Shown in pieces: positions 13,298-25,000 of a stretch of 64,000 nucleotides of DNA. A program made the translations under genes and the position numbers. This DNA is from Magallana gigas (taxonomy: Eukaryota). Location: positions 15,500,001 through 15,564,000 of the forward strand of contig NC_088855.1 of NCBI RefSeq assembly GCF_963853765.1. The letters are read 5' to 3'. Within the stretch, counting starts at the first letter, position 1, and the number at the start of each line of letters is the position of its first letter. The notes below the pieces were generated by a model. That model was not told where the DNA came from. It was given only the letters and a program-made list of their open reading frames with translations, and ran no database searches.

Positions 13298-14106
13298 CAC
13301 CCCTGCGAATGTTATTGTCATTTAAATTTTAGATCACATGGTTTTATTTGACCCTTGCAGTTTCGCAGTAAAAATCATGCCTCGTGTTTATAGTCCTTTT
13401 TAGAGAATCTAGGTACTTGTTATCAAATATAAATTCTAGAGATTTATTGATTTCAAACTTTATCTTCATTAAATGTGTTCTAGAAATAAATGTAACAATA
13501 CAAAAAATAGTTTTTTTCTGCTGTTGCGACAATTACATGTAACATGCGTTGTAGAGATTCACCATAAGAATAAATTTTCGATCCGCGCCTGACCTAGTAA
13601 TAACATCAATAGTGAAACAGACTGTACTATTTTATGCAGAGTGTTTCTTGAAAATGGCTCGATATACTAAGTTTTTATGCAAAACATTCACCCATTATTT
13701 TTTTTAAAAAACATGGTATTGCACACCACAAGCATCAAACATGGCTATGATTTTATTAAGCAACCCAATGTTTAATTATCAACCACTCTACACGGGGTTG
13801 AACACGAACGATAACTCTGTTCTGAATACCATCGTTTAATTTAAAAAACCGCTGGAATGTGAAATAAGACATACATCTTAAAAGATGTTGATGTTTTAAC
13901 ATAAATCAAAGTAGGATATGACACGAAAATCGACCAGTACTTGTGTATTTTGAGAATATTATCCGAACACTTATACTTCCGCTCGAAATTTCACAGGAAC
14001 TGAACAAATCTCGGTGAAGTCTCGTGAACTTTCATTCGAGCACCTCTGAATTTATTACATACTTAGCAACGATAAAGAAAACATTCCGAACACATTCGCA
14101 GGGGTG
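13298..14106. mobile_element. ~809-bp non-autonomous DNA transposon, CAC...GTG termini, 5-bp TSD (copy 2)
   Basis: 15-bp TIR CACCCCTGCGAATGT; TSD taacg at 13293-13297 and 14107-14111. Confidence 0.9.
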
Positions 14107-14635
14107 TAACGTAACTGTTGCTGGCGCTCGATCAAGAGCGCTATAGCAATAAACAAGGTTAAATACATAGAATATAATTATGATTTACACATCAGATGAG
14201 TAAGGTTCTTATAGGTCTCTGCTTCATATTCTGACAATAACGTTAGTCATCTTTTAAATTTTTTTTAAATGACTGTAGCCTATTAGAATTGTGCATTTGC
14301 AAAATTATTTAAATCATTAAAAAAGATAAAGGAAAATTAATTCGAAATGGAATTTTCTTTTTAACCAAAGGGCACAAGTTTTCGCCGTATCATTCGCCCA
14401 TCTGCCGATATGTATCTATAATTTTTCGGAATAGACCTTCATCTATTTGACTTTTATTGTACTGCTACTACATCCAGTTATGAATCGAATGTAAACAATG
14501 TGATCGAGAAAGCAAAGGTCGACTAACTTATCATCTCATTGATCGAAGACACAGGTACATTAACTCGTTATCGGAGTATGCACGGTATACTACATGTAGT
14601 AAGAGTAGCACACAGGGTATGGTAGAAATGAGATA

Positions 14636-14741
14636 TAGTTGCAGGTCTGTAGCTCACGGTCTGAAAAAAATCGGATGGACGACCCAGGTCGTGGTCGTCC
14701 ATCCGAATTTTTTCAGACCGTGAGCTACAGACCTGCAGCTA
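14636..14741. mobile_element. Palindromic MITE with TAG...CTA ends
   Basis: Near-perfect foldback tagttgcaggtctgtagctcacggtctgaaaa...ttttcagaccgtgagctacagacctgcagcta, with ata on both flanks. Relatives at 22361-22436, ~48490-48550 and ~17760-17810. Confidence 0.8.
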
Positions 14742-15891
14742 ATAATGAGGTTAAGATAGGTTGCTAACATTTGGACTCCAGAGTATTACAGTGATGTTAG
14801 CTGATTTATGTATACTTAATGACGATATTGTACATCACCAAGTATATCTGTGATTCCTACTCAATAGAAAATGATTGAAATCTACACAATCAAGTTCTAT
14901 ATAACCATTTTAATGATCGGTCGAAACCTTCAGCAACCGAAGAAAACTACAATGGACTGCACGATATAATCATGATAATATCAGACACAAAGTTTTAAAT
15001 AAGAGGTATTGGTAATATCTTTTATTTAACGTAATGATGTACATTATAACCCTGTCCCGAGTTTTTGCTTCCACCACTTTTTGCTTGATATTTCGATAAA
15101 TCATAAATACCTTTGTGCTAAAACTACGTTCATCCACTAATATGAAAAATGTCCAGAATATCTGTTTTGAAACGCTCCCTCTACCGCTTCAACTTTAAAT
15201 ACACATCCCAATATAGAAAGTCTACAAGGATTTTGCATTGCATCAGCCATTAATAAGCCCGGATGATAGCGTTGAAAAATTGCGCGAGGTATCCCGAGTA
15301 CTTCCGAATGGGGAAGGATGTAAACATTTCCCATTATAAATCTCCGTAAGAAATTTGTTTTTGTTCCTGTGAACTTTTATGAGTGAAAAATGATAATTGT
15401 TCAATGAAGATATCTTGGACACATTCTCTTTTATCGATTTCAACTGTATTTTTTCACAGGTATGTGTATTTATATTAAAAATCATCAAAAAGTAATGGAA
15501 GCAATAACTTGGGACAGACTATGACAATAATTTAGTTGCATTTACTTACTCTTTACAATAGCTTTTATTACTCTTTACAATAAATTCATTAGTTTGTGAA
15601 AGGAAAATGCTTTCTTTGATGATTCATGCGGGCTATATGAACAGAATATAAATATGAATATTATGAAAAGATATTTTTTTCCAAAAAATATGTCCACATT
15701 GCTACAGCCATGAAACTATCATCTAACAAAAGAATTACTGTATCCTTGCGGACTAGAGATATAATTTCCATGTTTGTTATTATTAAGCAGGTATTGTGAT
15801 ATCAATGCAGTCATGGATGGCGAGAGTTAACCGTATTACCTCAATCCTCAAACAAACAGTACCCCCGTATGTCACCACATTGTCGCGGGAG

Positions 15892-18027
15892 ATGGAGCTG
15901 TTTGTCGGTTCGGAGCATTCTCGTCTTTACCAAAAGCATAGACCAGCATATCCCTCAAGTCTGTACCAATTCATCGCAGACTTCTGTAAGACGGGAACCG
16001 GAATTCTTGACTCCGCGGTGGACGTTGGATGTGGAACTGGACTGAGCACCCGCCCACTCTGTGAACACTTCCGCCACGTCATCGGAGTTGACGTCAGTGA
16101 AACTCAGATAAAAATGGCTCGGGAAGCGCATGCGCAGACTAACCTGTCGTTCGAGGTCAGTGAAGCGGAGCGACTGACGTTCATGCATGATGCTAGCACA
16201 GATCTGGTGACAGTTGCACAAGCTATTCACTGGATTGATCAGGAACCTTTCTACAAAGAGGTAGAAAGGTACTGCTGAGTCAAATGTAGTGTTTGTTTGT
16301 CTCCTCATTACGTTCATTGTTATCCAATTCTAAATTTCAAATGCAACAACAACAAAATGAAAACTTTGCATAGCAAGCAATCAGATTAAAGCTTAATATT
16401 TATGTTCTTTGAAAATAAAAAGTGAATTCAAAGGGTATATCAAAAGATTTTCTTGTTGCCCAAACTTTAAGTTTAAAACAATTTAACCAAAAGAATCAAT
16501 CAAAAATATCCGTTATATGATTAAATGTTAGACGTACGTACATACAAATTTTAAGATCAGCACATTTAAACCAAATTCTTGGAGAAACATATTTGCAGGA
16601 TCCTGAAACCGGGTGGAAGTTTGATTGTATATGGATATGGAAACTGTGTACTGGATAACGACAAAGGCAATCAAGTCATCCAAAGGGTAAGTATATACAT
16701 GGCATCCTCATCTAATCAAAAGCGACACTGTTTCTTCTACGTGGAGCATGGTAATTGGCATTTATTGGGTACATGCGTTGTCCAATTGCGCGGCCATTAG
16801 CAGATCAGTGTCACACACAAAACATACTTGTAGCATGTTTAAGATGTATTTTTTCCACAAGAATTTAACTTTGGGAGTTTGCTCTTTGATTTTCTCCCTA
16901 TCCGTGTTTCCTAGTTCTACCGACATGATCTTCATGGCTACTGGGACTCCAGGAGACGCCATATTGACAACTTGTGCCAGGAAGTACGTCTCCCGTTTCC
17001 AGGAAGGACAAGGTAAACGGAGCAACATTAATTACAAGATTCTAGCTTATTGATGTTGATCATCGCATATCCCTCAATAGATGGTAATATATCTACTATG
17101 GTTAATAAAATCCTTAGAATGATAAAGAGTTCATCCTTTGTTGGTAAACAGAAATTTCTAAACTTAATTGGTTTCGCATTTCCTTTGATTTAGGAATTCG
17201 GATTTCGTCATACAATACAGATGGACGGCTGCGGAGGTTGTGGGTTACCTGTCCACGTGGTCAGCCTGGCAGTCCTACCTCAAACAGAATCCCGAGTCTC
17301 ATCTACTGAGGGACTTAGAGCAACAGTAAGTGTTTGTCACGTATGTAATGCAACAAATGCGCATAGACGTCATCAATTCCTTTGCCCGTTGCAACTCAAA
17401 CACAGCGTGATTTTGTTTAGGCAAAACGCCTGCAGCGTACATGTACGAAGACGAATAATTGCTTTTAACTTTGACACAGAAATACCAAAGACATAAGAAA
17501 TCGTTGATATCTTCGATTTTAATAGTATCCAGGTAATCCAAATACAACAAATGTACAAGTAAATTTTTTATCAATTTTTAGATAATGTGACGTACATATA
17601 AAACCTAGCTTTGAAAACGGTAGTATATTGAATGATCTAATACCATGTTCCGGAATTAACTGTGAACTTTGTGAAACAGTATAGAAATTGAAAACATTGG
17701 ATTAATCTTTATTATTCCGACTCCGAACAGAAGGAATTAATATCTTTTTTGTAACATAGTGAGCTTATGGTTTGTAGCTCCTGATCTGAACAAATTCGGC
17801 TGGACGATGCTATAGTCGTTTTAAAATTTACAGCAAATCAATATTGCAGTATTATTTTGTGAAAAAGTATTAGATATTGAAGGAATTTTTATCGCCCCTG
17901 GTCTTAAGTTTGAGAATAACAGACATTTCGATTATTTTACAGTTTGAGGGATATATATCTGGACCAAAGAGTGACCATCACGTGGCCCGTGTTTCTTTTA
18001 CTCGGAAGAAAGGCACCCACAAGCTAG
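15892..18027 (+). CDS. Class I SAM-dependent methyltransferase (Methyltransf_11-type; Tam/Crg1-like), 259 aa, or 288 aa from the ATG at 15805
   Basis: Exons 15892-16268, 16599-16686, 16915-17012, 17194-17325, 17943-18027 (780 nt, GT-AG). Motifs YQKHRPAYP, VDVGCGTG, VIGVDVS, DLVTVAQAIHW, EVERILKPGG. Confidence 0.9.
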
Positions 18028-18039
18028 GACTGTCTCATC

Positions 18040-18043
<4 letters not shown>

Positions 18044-18106
<63 letters not shown>
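18044..18106. repeat. (GA)n microsatellite in the methyltransferase 3' UTR
   Basis: Direct reading; begins 16 nt after the stop codon. Confidence 0.95.
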
Positions 18107-21089
18107 TGTGTGTAATGAAATTCCATTAAGAGTTTTCCCCCTTACTTTATACAATGTATTAAATGATTCTGTATTTATTTTAATAATTGTATGTGTATAT
18201 ATCTCCGTATAATGTATATTCTCAGAAGAAAATAAATTTTGTCATTTTGTGAATGTTTTGTTTGGCTGCTTCGGGGACCCTCAATTTAAAAATACATTAT
18301 GTATGTGCTCCGAATACACTCGGAGAATAGGACTATAGCAAATAAAAACGGAACTATTATGATGTGATAAACAAAACAATCTTTGAAGTCACATCGTTAA
18401 AATTGGACATTGGGGTTTTTGAGGGTAGTACCCTGTATTTTTCTCACAGCACCAGGTCAAAATTGCAACGCGGTTTAAAAGGTGTCTTGGGTAAACGTAC
18501 CCCCGCGGAGTGGGAGGGTTTAAGAAAAACTTTATACGCCACTGATACTCCTTGTGCATCTTCATATTCAACAAACGTTATATGATATTAAACTAATATT
18601 GTATTTTTCAAGGGTAAAGTTACAAAAACCCCTCAATTATGCTGTTGATCACACGTGCTTGTCTTGAGTATCAATAAGCTTGATGAGGTTAAAAAAAAGT
18701 TGGAGTATGAAATATGTTATTTTAAAATCATAAAAAAATCAAGCTATCAAACCAAGCATCAAGAAGAATCAAAGTACTGATAGTACTGAAAAGCGCTAAC
18801 CCAGCTTCTGTTTGTATATAACAGATATATGTATATAACATTTCAGCTTCTGTATACGCACTATATTTCCTCATCACTGCGTGGCAGCCCCTGCAATAAT
18901 GGTTTTTGTAAACCCCGTACATTAAATTCACAATAGCCCGTACATTAGATTCACAATAGCCCGTGCAGGTATGTGCATAAACTTCTGAAACTGGTTCCCC
19001 AACCAGTTTAAATGATGTAAACTTCAGCTCATAGGGGGTGGGAGGTGGGGGGGGGGGGGGGCGGCGGTTATTCGATGCACCGGAAGTAGAAGTCTAACGA
19101 CAATAAAGCGCTGAGCTATGCTTAGTGCTTTAAAAACGACTTTCTTCGGTGATTCATGCCGATATGAAAGAAACGATATTACAGAATACACACATAACCA
19201 ACATTTTTGTAAATCGTGATCCTTTGCATGATTAACAGTTGTCATATAATCCAATTTGTGTTATTTAAACAACAAAATGCTTTCTTTGGAGATTCATGGG
19301 AATATGAGGGTGGCGACATTGCAAAAAATAAATAAATGATAAAAAAAATAATACATAAACCGCGTTAGCAGATAACGCGGATTATTTATTTTTTCCCGCA
19401 ATGATCGCTACCTGCATATTTAACCGGCATGAATCATAAAAAGCATTTTATTATTGATATTTACATCTTTCTTTTAACAAATTAATACATGGATCGTAAA
19501 ATGTCAGAAAATTAACTTGATTATTGTTATACTGTACATCAGTACCTTAGCAAAAAGAATTCTAAACAGTCAAATATCGTCTCCTATGGGAATCTGAGTC
19601 TGACATTATCATGATTATTTCACCCAGTCTGTCATTTTTCTGAGGTTGCTGAAGGTTTCAACCAATCGATAAACGGGGCGTATTTATTGCAGATTTTCAT
19701 TTTCTACAGAGCTATGAATAACGATATATTTTCGTAAGAAATAGAGGAATGCTTCTTTCTGAGTATAATAGAATGATTCGTGGTCATACCATACAGTAAA
19801 GGCAGCGCAGATGACGTATTTCCCGCGCACCCCTGCGGTCAAAATTACAAAGCGGTTTAAGACAGGTGTCTCTGGTAAAACCGCGTACCCCTGCGGTAGA
19901 GTCGTCCAACAAGTCAACAAGGTGAACAGGATATCGGACTGAAACGCGAGTTACCTCTCTTGACTAAAAAATTGACAGCTACACGTAACTACATGTATAC
20001 AGTGTATATAATTTTATTCAATGGAACTATCTAAAATAAAATACGATATATTTTTAAAATGTGAAATTTATAGCGTACGTTTAAATTCGTTCATCAATGC
20101 TATTTAATTTAGTTACTTGACGATGTATTTTTACAATCCATTCAAAATGACGTAGCCTTTTCAAAAATTGGTTAAAGTACATGTATATTTAAAAGGCTGC
20201 ACTTGTCTAAAGTGTTTTGGATTTAGTACTTTTTCTTTATGAAAAAGTATGCGTACATTCATATATAACAATGTTCACGCTAATTAAATTTAGACCTTCG
20301 ATCACTGGCAAAGAGCACGATGATAGGTATATTAGATTGGATAGTATTGTAATCTTACCCAGCGCTTGTTTTCGTCGTTAGTAATAATTACGTTGGTCCA
20401 AAGTGAAAACGTCCTATAAGTGAAAATATACAAAGGAAACCGTCCAGTTTCATCCTACTTCAATGAATTAGGAGGGTTGGATGGTTGTGGCCATTTTAAG
20501 GCTATATTTATTTCCTCATAAAGAAGAACTCAATTAATGCTCAAAATTTTAAAGCTAAAATAGTTGGATTTTAAAAAACTTAATGTTAGTTGGCCAAAAA
20601 CAAAAACAAATACAAATATTTTATTGGCACAAACACAATTACAATAATTGGCAAAGGCCCAATGGATATATAGGAACATCATTGTATGTTTACAATAACT
20701 GCATGCATGTACAGTAGGCCTATATATATATTTTTACTGGTCTATATAGATCAGTTGAACATTTCCCTAGACTAATTGACATCTGTGTTCAAAGCAGTCA
20801 TTAATGAATTTAACAGTAATTTTTAAAATAGTATGTATTTCACTATTTAAACATACATGTAAAATGTATCTTTCTTTGTCCAAGTTATTGGCAATATTTA
20901 TTTTAATTATATTATAAAAATTACGAAAATAGCTGTTCCTTAGATGAGAATAGGCTTTACATTCAAAAAGAAAATGAGTTTTATAACATCAAAGTATAGC
21001 ATACGTTAATTTGTTAACCACCGTATTTCTTTAACAATGTACGGTGAAGATGTACAGTCACACGAATCGGATTATTAATGGGATATTAT

Positions 21090-21273
21090 ACAATTATTTA
21101 ATGCTTGAGCAGTCAATAGACCAGAATGTTTTTCCCGAGGTGCAGGGAACAAACAGCTCAGTGTGATCTATTGCCCGAGGCCAACGGCCAAGGGCAATAG
21201 ATCATACTGAGCTGTTCCATGCACCAAGGGAAAAAAATCTGGTCTATTGACTGCTCAAGCATTAAATAATTGT
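21090..21273. repeat. Long foldback palindrome (~85-bp arms)
   Basis: caattatttaatgcttgagcagtcaatagaccaga...tctggtctattgactgctcaagcattaaataattg; apex ggccaacggcc. Confidence 0.85.
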
Positions 21274-21617
21274 TTTATTACCTAATTCCTTATTTAGTTT
21301 TCCGGGTTTACAATTTGCATATTGCAGATGGTTTTCGTGCCATTATGCAATATACTAAGATTTTTTTTTCATCTTTTACATGCACCAAACTTGTTGCATG
21401 CATTACAACATCTCAGTTTAATATTAGTTTACACAAAGAAGGAGGAGTCTTCAACCCATTAGATTTAAATAGTCTTTTACCTTATATGAGGCTTTAAAAC
21501 TGTTGATTATTTGATACATTGAATTTGGTTTCACCAAGTACTCAAAACAGCATCTATGTAAAGGAATATACATTCCATGAGAAAAAATGTAACATTATAA
21601 CAAACACGCGTTCTGAT

Positions 21618-21658
21618 CAGGGACGTATATAGTATACTACGTAGTATATACGTCCCTG
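21618..21658. mobile_element. 41-bp palindromic micro-element with 7-bp TSD
   Basis: CAGGGACG...CGTCCCTG flanked by ttctgat on both sides. Confidence 0.8.
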
Positions 21659-22058
21659 TTCTGATATACGTTGCCGGTCTAATAGATCACAGTCTATTGA
21701 ACCGGCAGTTCAAAATAGACGCAAATATTTAATTTGTAATAAAAGATCAACATCCCTTTGGTTAGGTAGTAAAATAAATTGTCTAAGGTGTAGGCATACG
21801 TAATGTAGTTTCGCTCACCAGTTGTGGGTTGGATTTTAAACTTTATCAGAGCCTACATTTTATATAGCTGATATACCTGAGACCACGTCACTGTGCCTTA
21901 TCTAATCAGTGTGACCAATGCAATATAATCGCGCCATATAACTGTTTAAACGAACAGGAAAATTACGAATTAAAAAAAAATTGCGCATATATTTTTCGGA
22001 TAAAAGCATTCCAAAGTATTTCATTTTGTTCTTTATAGACTACTTTCATTTTTTGGCG

Positions 22059-25000
22059 ATGTCCACAAATTACGGACATAAAAATGTTGTTGATGAGTCT
22101 GCAAGGAAACTTGTCGCAGTGATCACTGGTGGTAACTCGTAAGTATTGAAAAACTTAAAATATGTTCCTTTAACATGGAGGAAAGTTTTGAAAGTTATAT
22201 CTGTGAACATCTGATCAAAGCGTTTCAATGTAAACAATAACGTGACATGAGCCGTGTTTTTCATGTTTACAAGAATATCTCGCTTATTATTTGACATGTT
22301 CTGGCATTAAAATTTTGGTTGAGCATGAATCATTGCAAAAAAAAAAATTATCAACAGTATTAGCTGCAGGTCTGTAGCTCCCGGTCTGAAAAATTCGGAA
22401 TTTTTTTTCAGACCGGGAGCTACAAACCTGCAGCTACAAGCATACAAGATGAATTTTATTTAAAGAAGATGTTAATTTGCCTCTTTACATACATGTGTAA
22501 TTATAATAGCTTACTCTCCGTCAAATTACAAACTACAGGTTTAAGCAGTAGAAATTTATTTATTATGTTATAGCAGGGACGTGTATATACGTCCCTGGTT
22601 ATAGACATTGTTTATTTTCATGTGGAATTACAATGTAAAGCATCTTTATTTACAGGGGTGTTGGGCTAACGGCAGCGGAGAGGCTTCTAAGCTTGAACAA
22701 TGGTGAAGGAATAGAAATCTGTTTGGTGTGTAGAAATAAGCAACGGGCAGAGGTTGCTAGATCTTCTCTTCTGAAATCTCATCCTAATGCTACAGTGGAC
22801 ATTGTCTTAATAGACACAAGTAGCATTGCATCTGTGATAAAAGGAGCCAAAGAACTTCGCATAAAGTAAGCACTTAGCAGGTATCAAACAATTCTAATTA
22901 CTATGCATTATATGTACCTTTTGAATCGGTATTAATAGTGAGTGCATGTACATGCACTGCAGCAGTCTTTGGATTTATTTGTTTAAGTTTTGGAAATTAA
23001 GATATGAAGTGGAGTTAGGAAGATAGATGAGGACTATATGTATATTTTTTGTCCCGTTATTTATAAATTTTCACATTAAAATGATATTCCCCAAAACCTC
23101 TTCTCCACACCTTATTTTCAGAATTTTGATTAGCAAAGAAAAATATGGATCTTTATGAAATAAAAAACATTTTACAGAACTTATTTAACCCACTTTGGGA
23201 CTCACAGAGAAATATAACACCCCCCCCCCCTATAAAAAAAAACACCCTTCATCACTCCCACCTCCCCCCCCCCCCCAAAAAAAAACCCCCAAAAAAACAA
23301 AACAAAGAACCCAAAAAACCAGACAACCCCCCCCCCCCCCCCCCCAAGAACCCGTACTTCAATTTCTATAAATAATTTGAAAAAGAAGTACTGGTAGTAT
23401 TGGATTCTTTAATACCAAAATCGTAGATTCCTATCTACGAAAAGAGCATGTTAGGCAATCTCACAGCTTATGAAACCAGAAATCTTAATCAAGGGAAAGC
23501 TTTTGGATCGTGAGAGGGCCTTTTGAAAACAACGCGTATATTGATTGAATTTTCTTGGTTGCTTAGCTTCTCAGGTATTTGTTTGACACTAAGATCAAGG
23601 TCATGCCCACTGTCTGGCCTAGTCTATGGTTGACAAATTTATTATTTATTTGTTTTAAAAAAGAATTTGCAAAATACATGTAACACAATCTTATCACATA
23701 GATTCAAGGTACAACAACACTACACTTTTAAGATATTAAGGATATGAAAAAAGTATTTATTCACGTCTTAATTGTAGTAAAGAATTGATAAGCAATTTGA
23801 CTGCTTTAACAGCATTTTTTTAGGAGGCTTGTCATAAAATGGGAAAGACAGCAAGGGAAGAGATTGAGAACAGAATGTGTGAATGCAAGTTTGTTTTAGA
23901 AATACCTGAAATCATACCACACATATAATACTGGTACAATTATAAAAGTATTTTTTAGTTTGTATACATAAGAATTTGAAGTTCACAATTATTGATTTTA
24001 AAGGGTGCAGATTATCTTCAATCAAGTATAAATACCAGCATTTTTTTGCTTCCAATTTGCCATATAATTCATTTGTAAATATAAAGGATGACAGCAAAAT
24101 TTCCACAATAGTGACTTTTGATGAATATAATGAATTATTTTTGTTAATGTAACAAAAACCAATTACATATATAGGAAAGAAAAATCAAGATAAGACCTTT
24201 TTTTTCTAAGTTAACTATTCTTATGTGTAAATTTTCTGTAGAGTGGAATTCAATTCTTTTTATTCATATACATGTGGTTCTAAAATATATACAGAGTGAC
24301 TGTACAATAAATCTCACAGTAATTTGACTTTCGAATAGCAGTGATTAGAATTTTGTTACAAAGTAATCAAGAATGGAGAGAATAATTATGTAAATGCTTC
24401 TCATGGCTTCCTTAACTGAAAATAAACTAAAGATGAGAAATAAGAAATAAATCAAATAATGTTTTCAGTCTGTTCATTTGCAAGGGAGTACATGTAATAA
24501 GATACATCGTATTGACGATAGGTTTGTGATTGCTCAAGGTAGTACCCTAGGCAAATTTGACAAACTACCAGGAATGATCTAGTGAAGTCTTGGACTAGAA
24601 AATTTATTCTGGAATACTTTTTTGTGAAATTCCAAGGGTTTATCTATTATTCCAAGGGAATAAGAATAAATGTCTCAATGATTAATTTCTGAACAATCCT
24701 TGAAAAAAGTACATGCATTTGCAATGCATTTGATTTAGCGTAAACTGTTTTCTAATGAAAAAAAAAAGGTAAATATAATACACAGCCAATTTATGTCATA
24801 CGTTGACAATAATTCACTACTGTATGCAGAGTTATTTTCGCCTCATGTAATTTTCGCCCTTCTACACTTGCAAACAGTTTTGCCCAGTCTTGAATTTGCC
24901 TAGACACAGACTTTATCTATGAATTTTTAGATCCATCTCAGACAAACTTTACTGTACAGTAAATGTTGGGTAGAACGAATACATGTATCTTTCAATGTGT

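Noticed and set aside
14111-14168. Alternative lectin signal-peptide exon (MYLTLFIAIALLIERQQQL) whose GTTAGT donor was displaced by the transposon
   Set aside because: It is phase-compatible, but 12866-12821 has a better Kozak context (ccgccATG), a canonical GTATGT donor, a cleaner signal peptide and a nearby TATA-like box. Kept only as a remote alternative.
15050-15480. Methyltransferase paralogue fragment (KLREVSRVLPNG)
   Set aside because: The resemblance is limited to one short motif between stop codons, with no SAM-binding motif nearby.
23145-23375. Proline/lysine-rich ORF
   Set aside because: It derives from poly-C and poly-A runs in HSD17B7 intron 2 (low complexity).
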